A stretch of DNA of 32,000 nt, taken from Crocosphaera subtropica ATCC 51142 (GTDB lineage Bacteria; Cyanobacteriota; Cyanobacteriia; Cyanobacteriales; Microcystaceae). The notes under the pieces are model-generated. The model was not told where the DNA came from, did no database searches, and worked only from the letters and a program-made list of their open reading frames with translations. The stretch covers positions 3,570,001 through 3,602,000 of the forward strand of contig NC_010546.1 of NCBI RefSeq assembly GCF_000017845.1, read 5' to 3'. This document shows, one piece after another, positions 7,162-17,359 of the stretch (the first letter of the stretch is position 1; every line of letters starts with the position of its first letter). The translations under genes and the position numbers were made by a program.

Positions 7162-8124
7162 TCAATTCTTTTGAGGATAAACACCGCTTAATTTCATGAC
7201 ATCTTCAATAGTTGTGCAGTAATTATCCATGCCAAAGGTTGCAGGGGTGACGGTATCTTTATAAGTAAAATGTCGATAATTAATAGAAAAATAGTCCCAG
7301 TCTTCCATGCGTAAACGAAAGGCTTTAATAAAGAAGTTGATTAAGAAAATATACAAAGGAATGCGAAAATAAATTCTTTTATTGAGATAGTCACAAATCT
7401 TTTCTATGGCTTCGTTAACCGTTGTTTTTTGATTCCCTAAAACTAAATTCTTATTCTCTGATTCAGTGGGAGGATTTTCCACTAAATATTTAATGATTTT
7501 AGCGATATCTCTAGCATGAATATAATGAAAACTTCCATCAGCTTTAAACCAACGAATGAGATCAATCCATCTAATTACATCTTTAATGCCACCTGAGAGA
7601 TGAGAATAGGGTTTATTGAATTCACCACCGAAGACTAATGTAGGGAATACTGTAGTAATTTTATTATAAAATGGTAGATTGTTTAACTGAGTAAAACATT
7701 GATATTTTGTTCTTATATAATTCGTTCCTAATGTTCCTGCTTCGGGTAAAGGCTGATTATTTTGATCTAAAATACTGGCGGTAGAAAAGTAAATAATTTG
7801 TTCACAAACTTCGGGATCTAATAGTTTCATTAATCCGATTGTTTTGGTGACATTAATTTCAAAAGATTCATTAATTCCACCCCAACTGGTCGCAGCTAAA
7901 ATAGCAACATTAACTGTCTTCAAAAAGTCACTAAATTTTTCAAGATTTTGTAAATCGCCAATGATAAGATGAACATTGGGCCGACTTTGATAATGAAACT
8001 GTAGTTTCTCAGGATTCCTGACTAAAAAATAAAGTTCATGATCGGTTTCTTGGATCAAAGCTTCTGCCATATAATGACCAATACAACCGCTAGAGCCTGT
8101 AATAAAAATACGCTTCATTAACAC
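7162..8124 (-). CDS. NAD(P)-dependent epimerase/dehydratase family (extended SDR) protein
   Basis: N-terminal Rossmann motif ITGSSGCIGHY. Length and layout are typical of extended SDRs. Confidence 0.75.
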   Translation of the reverse strand: MLMKRIFITGSSGCIGHYMAEALIQETDHELYFLVRNPEKLQFHYQSRPNVHLIIGDLQNLEKFSDFLKTVNVAILAATSWGGINESFEINVTKTIGLMKLLDPEVCEQIIYFSTASILDQNNQPLPEAGTLGTNYIRTKYQCFTQLNNLPFYNKITTVFPTLVFGGEFNKPYSHLSGGIKDVIRWIDLIRWFKADGSFHYIHARDIAKIIKYLVENPPTESENKNLVLGNQKTTVNEAIEKICDYLNKRIYFRIPLYIFLINFFIKAFRLRMEDWDYFSINYRHFTYKDTVTPATFGMDNYCTTIEDVMKLSGVYPQKN

Positions 8125-8330
8125 CTTGCTAATTAAACTCCGTCAAACAACGACGGCTTGACGATACTAATTTAGCATAATCTGAAATTCTGAGCGTATC
8201 AATAAACATAATACAAGTTTTTGGAGACAAACAATCTTTTTACCGTATCACCTCATTTGTCAGTTGCTTTCTTATGATTATTCAGTTTGTTTGTCAGGCG
8301 TGCAAGATGTCAGTTTTATGGACCAACAGA

Positions 8331-8358
8331 TTGCCTCTCCTAGTATTAGGAAAGGCAA
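8331..8358 (-). terminator. Candidate hairpin downstream of the divergent psbA
   Basis: 11-bp stem with one mismatch (TTGCCTCTCCT/AGGAAAGGCAA) and a 6-nt loop, 24 nt after the stop. No clear U-tract. Confidence 0.35.
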
Positions 8359-8381
8359 GTTCAAATAGATTTCATAGGTTA

Positions 8382-9452
8382 TTAACTGATCACTGTAGCC
8401 TTACCACTGGCTAAGGTTAAAGGAAAGTGATGAGTATTCGGAGCGTGCATCGAACGAATTCCTAGATTAGCACGATTGAGAAGATCCGCTTCTGTGGGAA
8501 TTGTTCTACCTTGACTATCAAGAATGGATTGATTAAAGTTAAACCCGTTTAAATTGAAAGCCATCACGCTAATTGCAGCCGATGCACACCAAATTCCTAC
8601 CACTGGAATGGATGCTAACAGAAAATGAACGGAACGGCTATTTTTGAAGCCCAAGCTAGGGATGAGAAGACGGCCTAAATAGCCTAGATGTCCAGCAACC
8701 AGATTATAAGTGGCCTCTTGTTGACCAAAATGGTATCCTTGATTGATTGATTCACGGACAGTTGTTTCCCGTATGAGACTAGAAGTCACTAAAGAACCGT
8801 GTAACGCAGCTAAAACCGCTCCAGTAAAGATACCTGCAACCCCTAACATATGCAATGGGTGCATCAAAATATTATGGTCAGCTTGAAACGCTAACATAAA
8901 GTGAAACGTGCCACTAATACCTAACGGCATTCCTTCGGAAAAACTGCCTTGTCCCAGAGGATAAACGAGAAAGATAGAAGTAGCAGCAGCTACAGGGGCA
9001 GAAAAAGCGACGGAAATCCAAGGCCGCATTCCTAATCGATAACTTAATTCCCATAAACGCCCTAAATAGCACCAAATCCCGATTAAAAAGTGACAAATGA
9101 TCAATTGATAAGGTCCCCCATTATAGAGCCATTCATCAATCGAAGCAGCTTCCCAGATGGGATAAAAATGTAATCCAATGGCAGCCGAAGTTGGGATCAC
9201 AGCAGCACTGATGAGGTTATTACCCCCCAAGAGGGAACCAATAATCGGTTCTCTGATTCCTTCCATATCAACTGGGGGAGCCACCAAAAAAGCCAGAATA
9301 AAACTAATGGTAGCCACTAGCAGTGTTGGGATCATTAAGACTCCAAACCAACCAATGTAAAGGCGTTGATTGGTACTGGTGATCCATTCACAAAAGTTTG
9401 ACCACAGTTGACCGAAATCGAGTTCTTTTTGGCGAGGAAATACATTGGTCAT
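8382..9452 (-). CDS. psbA: Divergent photosystem II D1 paralogue (rogue/sentinel D1 type)
   Basis: Collinear with D1 over its full length ([69 protein letters not shown]). Mn-cluster ligand positions are substituted. Strong SD (TAGGAGGA) upstream. Confidence 0.9.
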   Translation of the reverse strand: MTNVFPRQKELDFGQLWSNFCEWITSTNQRLYIGWFGVLMIPTLLVATISFILAFLVAPPVDMEGIREPIIGSLLGGNNLISAAVIPTSAAIGLHFYPIWEAASIDEWLYNGGPYQLIICHFLIGIWCYLGRLWELSYRLGMRPWISVAFSAPVAAATSIFLVYPLGQGSFSEGMPLGISGTFHFMLAFQADHNILMHPLHMLGVAGIFTGAVLAALHGSLVTSSLIRETTVRESINQGYHFGQQEATYNLVAGHLGYLGRLLIPSLGFKNSRSVHFLLASIPVVGIWCASAAISVMAFNLNGFNFNQSILDSQGRTIPTEADLLNRANLGIRSMHAPNTHHFPLTLASGKATVIS

Positions 9453-9712
9453 AATTATTCCTCCTAATTATCCTAATCCCTTTCAACCTGAAGAATCCAT
9501 CAGAACTTGACAACAGGGTCGCAAGGGACTGAATCAGTTATATCTTAATTTTATTGTAAGTAATTCCCAGGAAAATACCCAGTTTTTTATAGTTTTATTA
9601 AGGATTAATAATAGCCAGCTTTAAATGGTTGAAATTCTTAAAAACACAGCATAATTATCTTCAATCAGTAATATTTTCATTTTAATTTACTGTTGGGATT
9701 CATTTTTAAATT

Positions 9713-9743
9713 AGAAAGATGAGGTTTTGCGCCTCATCTTTCT
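9713..9743 (-). terminator. Hairpin downstream of the PEP-CTERM gene
   Basis: Perfect 12-bp stem AGAAAGATGAGG/CCTCATCTTTCT with a 7-nt loop, 45 nt after the stop at 9789. Confidence 0.5.
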
Positions 9744-9788
9744 TCTTGAAACTCGCTATTGATAACGTTAGCTATCTAACTTAATAAC

Positions 9789-10481
9789 TTAAGATTTACG
9801 ACGACGACTGGCTAAACCCGTAGCACCTATAGCCAATAAACCAGCGATGGTTCCAGGTTCAGGAGTACGAGGGGGATTACCAGGGACGTTATCCTCAACT
9901 TCATAGGTGTATATAATCGCCACGTTACCACCAACATTCGCACTACCACCAAAGAAAACTCCTGAAGGGGCTGTCCCACTATATGATCCAGCAAGAGCAT
10001 TAGCCATAAAGCTTAGATTGAGCATCCCACCAATATAAGCACCAAAATCACCAGGCTCAATAATTGTATTAGATACTTGAGTTCCCATTTGTCCTGGGAA
10101 GTCGTTCTGACCAGGGATAACTGTACCTGATGGTTCAATTGCAGTTGCAGTGGTATTAATAGTTGTTGTGGGGGCTGTCACAGTCAACGTAACCGCAGAA
10201 GTTGCATTAATGAAGTCTTGATTAGTTCCTGTGGCATTAAAAATGGAAACGATACCAGTGCTATTAACGGTTGTTTGAATGGTTATACCAGTTAGCATTC
10301 CTAATGCAGAATCAAAACCAGGCAACGTGAAATCGAATGGCTCTGGGAAAGGTGTTGCAGTTTCTGGGATGTCGTAATCAAACATCTGTACCATGGTTGC
10401 TGCATTAGATTCACTGGCTAATGCCATAGCAACAACAGAACTAGAAGCCAAAGTAGTCAAGGCTTTTAAGGCTGAATTCAT
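9789..10481 (-). CDS. PEP-CTERM sorting-domain secreted protein
   Basis: N-terminal signal peptide. C-terminal PEPGTIAGLLAIGATGLASRRRKS has the PEP motif, a TM helix and an Arg-rich tail. Confidence 0.85.
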   Translation of the reverse strand: MNSALKALTTLASSSVVAMALASESNAATMVQMFDYDIPETATPFPEPFDFTLPGFDSALGMLTGITIQTTVNSTGIVSIFNATGTNQDFINATSAVTLTVTAPTTTINTTATAIEPSGTVIPGQNDFPGQMGTQVSNTIIEPGDFGAYIGGMLNLSFMANALAGSYSGTAPSGVFFGGSANVGGNVAIIYTYEVEDNVPGNPPRTPEPGTIAGLLAIGATGLASRRRKS

Positions 10482-10580
10482 ATACTCCTCTTATACCGTT
10501 TGATTAAGTGATATTACGGTTGATTAAGAAATCATACCAAATCCGCTTATAATAGTAGAGTAAAAACTTCGTGAATCTCA

Positions 10581-11061
10581 ATGCCTAAACAAGCTTTCAT
10601 TGCTCCTCATTTAAGTACAGAAGAACTTAAAGAAAAATATCGCAAGGCGAAAGACTCAGTAGAAGCTAGAAGGTGGCACTTTTTGTGGAAAGTTGCTAAT
10701 GGTTGGACAGTCAAAAATAGTGCCATAGCCGTAGGAATTAGTAATAGTTATGGATGGAAAATTTTAAAAAGCTATAACGGAAAAGGAATTGAAGGAGTGA
10801 ATAATGAAAAGAAAGAACGTCAAGAACATTCAAGAGGATTTATCCCCTTATTGAATGATGAACAATTTCAAAAACTAACAAAAGTAATTAAAAAGAAATC
10901 CCCTGATGGTGGATTATGGACAGGTCCGAAGGTAGCACGGTGGATAGAAAAAGAAACAGGAAGAAAAAAAGTTTGGAATCAAAGGGGGTGGGATTATTTA
11001 AAAAAGCTCAAATATTCCTGGCAGAAACCGAGACCGAAACATAGAAAAGGTGATAGTATAG
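10581..11061 (+). pseudogene. IS630-family transposase, N-terminal HTH part only, truncated by the ISAs1 insertion
   Basis: HTH/winged-helix region typical of IS630 ORFs (LWTGPKVARWIEKETGRKKVWNQRGWDYLKKLKYSWQKPRPKH). No DDE domain. The reading frame runs into the IS left inverted repeat and stops at its TAA. Confidence 0.75.
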
Positions 11062-12421
11062 CAGGGTAAGCTCATCTAAAATGGTATAAAATGTACTTGA
11101 CTAAGAAAGTAAAGTCTAGGTGAGGCAAAAAGGGACTTAAAATAAAAAAACAAAGTACAATTAGGACTTTCGTAATTATGGAATCAGAACATGGCCAAGG
11201 GGTTTGCAGACCAAAAACAATCTAGTAAGAAAAAAAAGGAAAAGGGAAATATAGCATCTATTGATGAAATCCAAAACAATTTATTAGGCTATGTCAAAGA
11301 AATAGAAGATCCTAGAGTACAAAGAAGCAAAAAACACCTCCTTAAAGATGTATTGGCGATCGCTATATTGGCAGTCATTGCAGGGTCCCAAGGTTGGGAA
11401 GATATGGAGAACTATGGTATCGCAAAACAGGAGTGGTTATCAGAGTTTCTAGAACTCCCTCACGGAATCCCGAGTGATGACACATTTAGAAGAGTTTTTG
11501 AGAGAATTGATCCAGAATCGCTGCAAAAATGCCTACAAAAATGGGTTCAATCTATAATGAATTCAATTCAAGGAGAAATTATCCCCATCGATGGCAAAAC
11601 ATTAAGGGGTTCTTACGATCGCAACGCCGGACAGTGCGCTTTATATACGGTCACAGCGTGGGCATCCCAGCAGAGTCTGGTGTTAGGACAAGTCAAAGTT
11701 GAAAACTACTCCAATGAAATTACGGCCATTCCTGCCTTACTCGAACTATTAGACATTACAGGCTCGATCATTACCATTGATGCAATGGGAACTCAAACCA
11801 GCATTATCCAACAAATTTGTCGGCAAAAAGCTGACTACATTGTTACTCTCAAAGCTAACCATCCTACTTTATTTTCTCAAGTCAAGCAATGGTTTACTGA
11901 TACCCAAAACAATGGCTGGGATGGCATTGAACATGATTACTACAAAAGTGTAACCAAGGGCCACCACCGCACCGAGAAACGATACGTTTGGGCTATACCA
12001 GTAGCAGCTATGGGAGAGCTTTACCAGCAACAACAATGGCATGGACTGCAAACTATTGTCGTAGTCGAACGCATCCGTCACTTGTGGAACAAGACTACCC
12101 ACGATATTCAGTTTTATCTGACCTCTTTACCTCCCAATGCCCAATTCCTTTGCCATGCGATCCGCACCCATTGGAGCATTGAGAATAACCTTCATTGGAC
12201 ACTCGATGTCACTTTTTCTGAAGATCAATGCCGTATTCGGTCAGAATATAGTCCACAGAACTTTGCTCTTCTAAGACGATTGGCTCTTAATGTTCTCCAT
12301 CAAGAAAAAACATTTAAACGTAGTCTTCGCCAGAAAATGAAGCAAGCTGCTATGAACAACAACTATATGATGACTGTTCTCAATTCCTTCTGTCAAGCGG
12401 ATTTTAGATGAGCTTACCCTG
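11062..12421 (+). mobile_element. ISAs1-family insertion sequence, 1360 bp, apparently intact
   Basis: Perfect 21-bp terminal inverted repeats CAGGGTAAGCTCATCTAAAAT (11062-11082 and, as reverse complement, 12401-12421) enclose a single transposase ORF. Confidence 0.9.
11191..12411 (+). CDS. ISAs1-family (H-repeat-associated) transposase
   Basis: The N-terminal motif DPRVQRSKKHLLKDVLAIAILAVIAGSQGWEDMENYG is the DDE_Tnp_1-associated domain. A DDE core follows (IPIDGKTLRGS, ITIDAMGTQ, HWSIENNLHW). Confidence 0.9.
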   Translation: MAKGFADQKQSSKKKKEKGNIASIDEIQNNLLGYVKEIEDPRVQRSKKHLLKDVLAIAILAVIAGSQGWEDMENYGIAKQEWLSEFLELPHGIPSDDTFRRVFERIDPESLQKCLQKWVQSIMNSIQGEIIPIDGKTLRGSYDRNAGQCALYTVTAWASQQSLVLGQVKVENYSNEITAIPALLELLDITGSIITIDAMGTQTSIIQQICRQKADYIVTLKANHPTLFSQVKQWFTDTQNNGWDGIEHDYYKSVTKGHHRTEKRYVWAIPVAAMGELYQQQQWHGLQTIVVVERIRHLWNKTTHDIQFYLTSLPPNAQFLCHAIRTHWSIENNLHWTLDVTFSEDQCRIRSEYSPQNFALLRRLALNVLHQEKTFKRSLRQKMKQAAMNNNYMMTVLNSFCQADFR

Positions 12422-12995
12422 TATGAAGATGTAAGTTTCTAAAATCACCTCCACTGAAGTCTTTACCACTTAAATTTCCTTTTCTAATGGCGTTACTAAG
12501 CATCATATTTGTGAGACTAGAATGAATAATCCCGTAAAACCCATCCTCTGGATCGAAAGATCTAACATAAGTATTTTGATTCTCTATGACCACAACAACA
12601 CCCGCTGCATTAACATCTGAAGCTTGATCGAAAATTAACAGCCAATTTGGTTCGTATTGTTCTATGATATCATCCTGAGAACTTAGTTTAAGATTTAGAA
12701 AATTCTGAGATTTTTTTAAAGCTTCTTCCAATGGAAGATATCCAAATACGCCTCCAACAGCAGAAATAAAATAATTCCATCCCCCTTTGTCTCCAGAATC
12801 ATCAATTCCGTTATGCCACTGATATAGCTCATAGATTTCTTTTGGTAAAGTATATGGAAAATTTTTACTAATTTCCCTAATTTGTTGATGAGAAAGTCCT
12901 GGCTTTAATCTAGAAACAATTTCAGAATGATATTTTGGTGGATGTTCGATAAGATATTGCTTAATTATTTCTAAGGACTCTATCAAAGCAGACAT
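12414..12995 (-). CDS. SMI1/KNR4 (SUKH-1) family protein with the start of a pentapeptide-repeat tail; 3' end cut by the IS
   Basis: SUKH-like core (LPKEIYELYQWHNG). The C-terminal GNLSGKDFSGGDFRN looks like pentapeptide repeats. The last two codons (GGG TAA) are supplied by the IS right inverted repeat. Confidence 0.7.
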   Translation of the reverse strand: MSALIESLEIIKQYLIEHPPKYHSEIVSRLKPGLSHQQIREISKNFPYTLPKEIYELYQWHNGIDDSGDKGGWNYFISAVGGVFGYLPLEEALKKSQNFLNLKLSSQDDIIEQYEPNWLLIFDQASDVNAAGVVVVIENQNTYVRSFDPEDGFYGIIHSSLTNMMLSNAIRKGNLSGKDFSGGDFRNLHLHTG

Positions 12996-13576
12996 AACGA
13001 TGTTTAAACACTGCTAATTCTCGTTAAATTATAATCCAATTCTGCTTTAGCAGTACATTTCAAATTATGAACCAAGGTTCTGACATTCCAAAAATAAACT
13101 CTAACTCTTCCCTCATCAATAAGTAAAACTTTTAACTCACCCAAACGTGCTTTTAAAATTCCTAATTTACATTCCGTTACTTGTAATAAAAGTTAATATT
13201 TTATTGAGAATAATTATTATTTGTTAACGAAGTTATGGGATTTTTGCGCTATACTCTAATTTTCAAAATAGAATTCTAGTATCTAATTTTTGCCAAAAAT
13301 AGGATCAAACCCTGATTACCTTGTTAAAAAAACATTTTCGTTTCTCTTCAACTCAGCCAAAATGCTCCCAAAAAAGCCCCAAAATTAGAAGCATTTTGTA
13401 TATTTTTATTACGAGTAAAAAATTAAATTTGACAAAATTTGTATAATATGAATGAAACAATTAAGGCATATTTATCCCTGCTTTTGGTCCCATTAATTTA
13501 TGTATTTTGTCAAGGACAATAAGATTAAAACATAGTAAAATCTTGGCATTGCAAACGAGAATTTTACTTGTTCAAA

Positions 13577-15253
13577 ATGTCAATTACCAATACGATTCAC
13601 TTTAGAAATGTCAAGGGCGATATCTTCGGTGGGCTAACGGCCGCGGTTATCGCGTTACCAATGGCATTAACATTCGGGGTCGCTTCTGGTGCAGGAGCGT
13701 CTTCTGGGTTGTGGGGAGCCATTTTAATCGGCTTTTTTGCAGCCCTTTTCGGAGGAACCCCTACCCTAATCTCTGAACCCACTGGTCCGATGACAGTGGT
13801 GATGACCTCAGTTATTGCCAGTTTAACCGCAGCTAATCCTGAGCAGGGGTTAGCCATGGCTTTTACTGTTGTTATGTTGGCCGGGTTGTTCCAAATTCTC
13901 TTTGGGGTGTTTAAACTGGGGAAATACGTTACTCTGATGCCTTATACAGTGATTTCTGGCTTTATGTCAGGCATTGGGGTGATTCTAATTATTTTGCAAA
14001 TTGCTCCCTTTCTCGGCCAAGCCAGTCCAAAAGGGGGAGTGGTTGGAACGGTGCAGAATATACCCAACCTCATCACCAATATCAATTCCACCACGTCCTT
14101 AGAAACCCTCTTAGCGGTTATCACTGTGGGCATTCTTTTCTTCTATCCTCGTAAGTTGAAGAAGTATATGCCACCTCAGTTACTTGCTTTAATTGTGGGG
14201 AGTTTAATTGCTGTATTCCTGTTTGGTGATGCTGATATTCGCCGTATTGGGGAGATATCTGTCGGTTTACCCAGTTTACAAGTTCCAACCTTTACGGCTG
14301 CTCAACTGCGGACGATGTTTGTGGACGCTTTAGTATTAGCCATGTTGGGTTGTATCGATGCGTTACTCACATCCCTGGTGGCAGACAGCTTAACCCGTAC
14401 AGAACACGATTCTAACAAAGAATTAATCGGTCAAGGACTAGGTAATTTAGTCTCTGGTTTATTCGGTGGTATCGCCGGTGCTGGTGCAACCATGGGAACT
14501 GTGGTTAATATTCAAACTGGGGGTAGAACTGCTGTTTCTGGTTTAACTCGGGCCTTAGTTTTACTTGTCGTGGTGTTAGGGTTAAGTCAATATCTGCAAG
14601 GTATTCCCTTAGCCGTTTTAGCAGGTATCGCCTTAAAAGTCGGTATCGATATTGTGGACTGGGGTTTCCTCAAACGCGCTCACAAAATCTCTGTTAAAGC
14701 TGCTTTGATCATGTACGGGGTGATTGGATTAACCGTATTTGTTGATTTAATTGTAGCGGTTGGGGTAGGTGTGTTTGTGGCTAACATTCTTACCATTGAA
14801 CGTTTATCGAATCATCGGGCTGATAAAGTTAAAGCAGTAACTTATGATGATGAAGAAATCGATCTCAAACCCGAAGAAAAACAGTTATTAGAAGAAGCGA
14901 ATGGTAGAGTGCTTCTCTTCTATCTCAGTGGTCCAATGATTTTTGGTGTAGCTAAAGCTATCTCTCGTGAACATAATCTTATCAACGATTATCAGGCATT
15001 GGTATTAGACTTATCGGAAGTTCCCATTTTAGGGGTAACCTCTTCTTTAGCGTTAGAAAATGCCATTCAAGAGGCTGTAGAAAAAGGTCGTCACGTCTTT
15101 TTAGTTGGAGTGAGTGGACAAGCAGAAAGCCGTTTGAGAAAGTTAGGGGTGATGGATATTGTTTCTCCTGATCATATTATGAGCGATCGCATCACGGCTT
15201 TAAAAGAAGCTGTCATGTCTGTTGAGCCATATAAAATAGAACACCCAAGTTAG
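13577..15253 (+). CDS. bicA: SulP-family anion transporter with C-terminal STAS domain, BicA-type (probable Na+-dependent bicarbonate transporter)
   Basis: SulP N-terminal motif GDIFGGLTAAVIALPMALTFGVASG, about 12 TM segments, and a STAS domain (RVLLFYLSGPMIFGVAKAI). The SulP/STAS call is firm. The BicA subtype rests on remembered resemblance and size. ATG 13577 is preferred over the track's TTG at 13568. Confidence 0.75.
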   Translation: MSITNTIHFRNVKGDIFGGLTAAVIALPMALTFGVASGAGASSGLWGAILIGFFAALFGGTPTLISEPTGPMTVVMTSVIASLTAANPEQGLAMAFTVVMLAGLFQILFGVFKLGKYVTLMPYTVISGFMSGIGVILIILQIAPFLGQASPKGGVVGTVQNIPNLITNINSTTSLETLLAVITVGILFFYPRKLKKYMPPQLLALIVGSLIAVFLFGDADIRRIGEISVGLPSLQVPTFTAAQLRTMFVDALVLAMLGCIDALLTSLVADSLTRTEHDSNKELIGQGLGNLVSGLFGGIAGAGATMGTVVNIQTGGRTAVSGLTRALVLLVVVLGLSQYLQGIPLAVLAGIALKVGIDIVDWGFLKRAHKISVKAALIMYGVIGLTVFVDLIVAVGVGVFVANILTIERLSNHRADKVKAVTYDDEEIDLKPEEKQLLEEANGRVLLFYLSGPMIFGVAKAISREHNLINDYQALVLDLSEVPILGVTSSLALENAIQEAVEKGRHVFLVGVSGQAESRLRKLGVMDIVSPDHIMSDRITALKEAVMSVEPYKIEHPS

Positions 15254-15613
15254 GTTTCGGTATTTCTCTTATCTTCCCGATTTAGGCTAGGTGTGTGAGG
15301 AGTGTGGGGAGAAAGAGGTTTTACATGATTCTGTTGTTTGATACTCAAATTTTCCCCTATTAACTTTAATTTATCCTGGCGCAAAATATGAGTATCATGC
15401 CTAATTTTTCTAGAAGCTAACTTCATAAAGTTACTGATAAAATGCCTGAATGGATATAAAGTAATTATTAGTGAGTTTAAATGTAAAATTTAGATAAAGA
15501 ATTGATTATCTAATCATTAGCAAAATACGAGATAATCAGGCATAATAGGATTAAGGCTCTACAATGTCTCAGAACAAGATAGACTTTAACCGTAGTAAGG
15601 AAATAATTTCGAT

Positions 15614-17299
15614 ATGGGAAAAAGCAGAAACCCTAATGCTGAAAAATGGTGGGAAACGGGTGTCATTTATCAAATTTATCCCTTAACCTTTGCCGATAGT
15701 GATGGCGATGGAATTGGAGATTTACAAGGAATTATCAAAAAATTAGACTATCTTAATGATGGCGATCCCGACAGTGAAATATCCTTAGGAATTGATGCTA
15801 TTTGGTTATCTCCTATTAATCAATCTCCTATGATCGATAATGGATATGATGTCAGTGATTATTATGATATTAGTGATACCTTTGGTAGCTTAGAAGACTT
15901 TGATCTGTTATTGTCTGAGTCTCATCAAAGAGGAATTAAAATTATTTTAGATTTAGTTGTCAATCATACCTCTAATCAACATAGTTGGTTTATTGCATCT
16001 AGTCAGAGTAAAGATAATCCAAAAAGTAATTGGTATCATTGGCAAGATCCTGCACCAGATGGAGGAGTTCCCAATAATTGGTTATCCTATTTTGGGGGAA
16101 CAGGTTGGACATTTAACGAAGTCAGACAACAATATTACTATCATACCTTTAATGAAAACCAACCCGATTTAAACTGGGGTCATTCGGACGTTAAAAGAGC
16201 AATTTTTCAAGTGATTCGTTTTTGGTTAGATAGAGGGGTTGATGGGTTTAGATTAGATGCGTCTAGTGTTTATAGTAAAGATAAATATTATCGTTATAAT
16301 CCTGTAAAATTTGGGGCAACAGACAAAAATAATTATAATAATCAACACCACTTATACGATAAAAATCAACCAGAAAATCATCACTTAATACGAGAAATAA
16401 GAAACACCATTGATGAGTATGAAGATAGGGTTTTAATTGGGGAAACGTTCATCGATAATCGACTCTATGATTCAACTATGTTTTATGGCGTTAATAACGA
16501 TGAATTGCACCTTGCTTTTACATTTGAATTTCCTTTTAGTCCTTGGTATCCTGGCTATTTACAGCGAGAAATTATCAAAAAAGAACTCATTACTCCTGAA
16601 GGCGCATGGCCAACCTACTTTTTAGATAACCACGATATTCCTAGACATTTATCTCGTTGGATTGAGTGTAGTTTGTGTACCAATCCTTTAGGAATTGCTC
16701 AAGCATCGGCAGCTATTTTATTGACCATTCGAGGAACTCCTTTTTTATACTATGGTCAAGAAATTGGCATGGTGGATAATTTGGATATTCCTCCCGATCA
16801 AATTAAAGACAAAGCTATCATTAAAAGCGATAGTGGAGAATTACCTCCTCCTAGGGACGGTGCCAGAACCCCCATGCAATGGAATGATGATGTTAATGCC
16901 GGGTTTAGCTTTGGAAAAGACGTTGATCCTTGGCTTCCTGTTAACGAAAATTATACAGAAAAAAATGTAGAAAAAGAGTTAAAAGATCGCCATTCTTTAT
17001 TAAACTTTTATCGACAGTTAATTAAAGCCAGAAAAAATAGCGAAGCGTTACGGTTTGGTCGCTGGAATAGCTTAATTCATTATCCTTACGAACATTTAGC
17101 TTATACTCGAAAAACTGAAGCCGAAACCGTATTAGTTTTGATTAACTTTTCCTATGAAAAAGATTTAACCATCGATGAATATATTGCGCCCTATACTTGG
17201 GAAGTGTTAGTCTCAAACGAGAGAGAAGTCGGTAAAATTATCGACTTACCCTCCAAATTATACCCTTTTGAAGTTTCCGTATTAAGACGAGATAATTAA
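15614..17299 (+). CDS. GH13 alpha-glucosidase / oligo-1,6-glucosidase-like enzyme
   Basis: GH13 conserved regions DLVVNHTS, GFRLDA, IGETF, FLDNHD. N-terminal WWETGVIYQIYPLTFADSDGDGIGDLQG. Confidence 0.9.
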   Translation: MGKSRNPNAEKWWETGVIYQIYPLTFADSDGDGIGDLQGIIKKLDYLNDGDPDSEISLGIDAIWLSPINQSPMIDNGYDVSDYYDISDTFGSLEDFDLLLSESHQRGIKIILDLVVNHTSNQHSWFIASSQSKDNPKSNWYHWQDPAPDGGVPNNWLSYFGGTGWTFNEVRQQYYYHTFNENQPDLNWGHSDVKRAIFQVIRFWLDRGVDGFRLDASSVYSKDKYYRYNPVKFGATDKNNYNNQHHLYDKNQPENHHLIREIRNTIDEYEDRVLIGETFIDNRLYDSTMFYGVNNDELHLAFTFEFPFSPWYPGYLQREIIKKELITPEGAWPTYFLDNHDIPRHLSRWIECSLCTNPLGIAQASAAILLTIRGTPFLYYGQEIGMVDNLDIPPDQIKDKAIIKSDSGELPPPRDGARTPMQWNDDVNAGFSFGKDVDPWLPVNENYTEKNVEKELKDRHSLLNFYRQLIKARKNSEALRFGRWNSLIHYPYEHLAYTRKTEAETVLVLINFSYEKDLTIDEYIAPYTWEVLVSNEREVGKIIDLPSKLYPFEVSVLRRDN

Positions 17300-17359
17300 T
17301 CGTGATTTTAAGATAACAGGAAACACAAAGCAAGTAATCTGTCGTCTAGAAAAACAACC

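Noticed and set aside
13429-13447. TTGACA and TATAAT hexamers upstream of bicA as a canonical promoter
   Set aside because: The two hexamers are only 7 nt apart instead of about 17, so they cannot form one sigma-70-type promoter. At most the TATAAT could be a stand-alone -10 element.
13568-13576. TTG start giving MFKMSITN for the SulP transporter
   Set aside because: An in-frame ATG three codons downstream (13577) yields the N-terminus MSITNTIHFRN typical of this family. The TTG extension is unnecessary.
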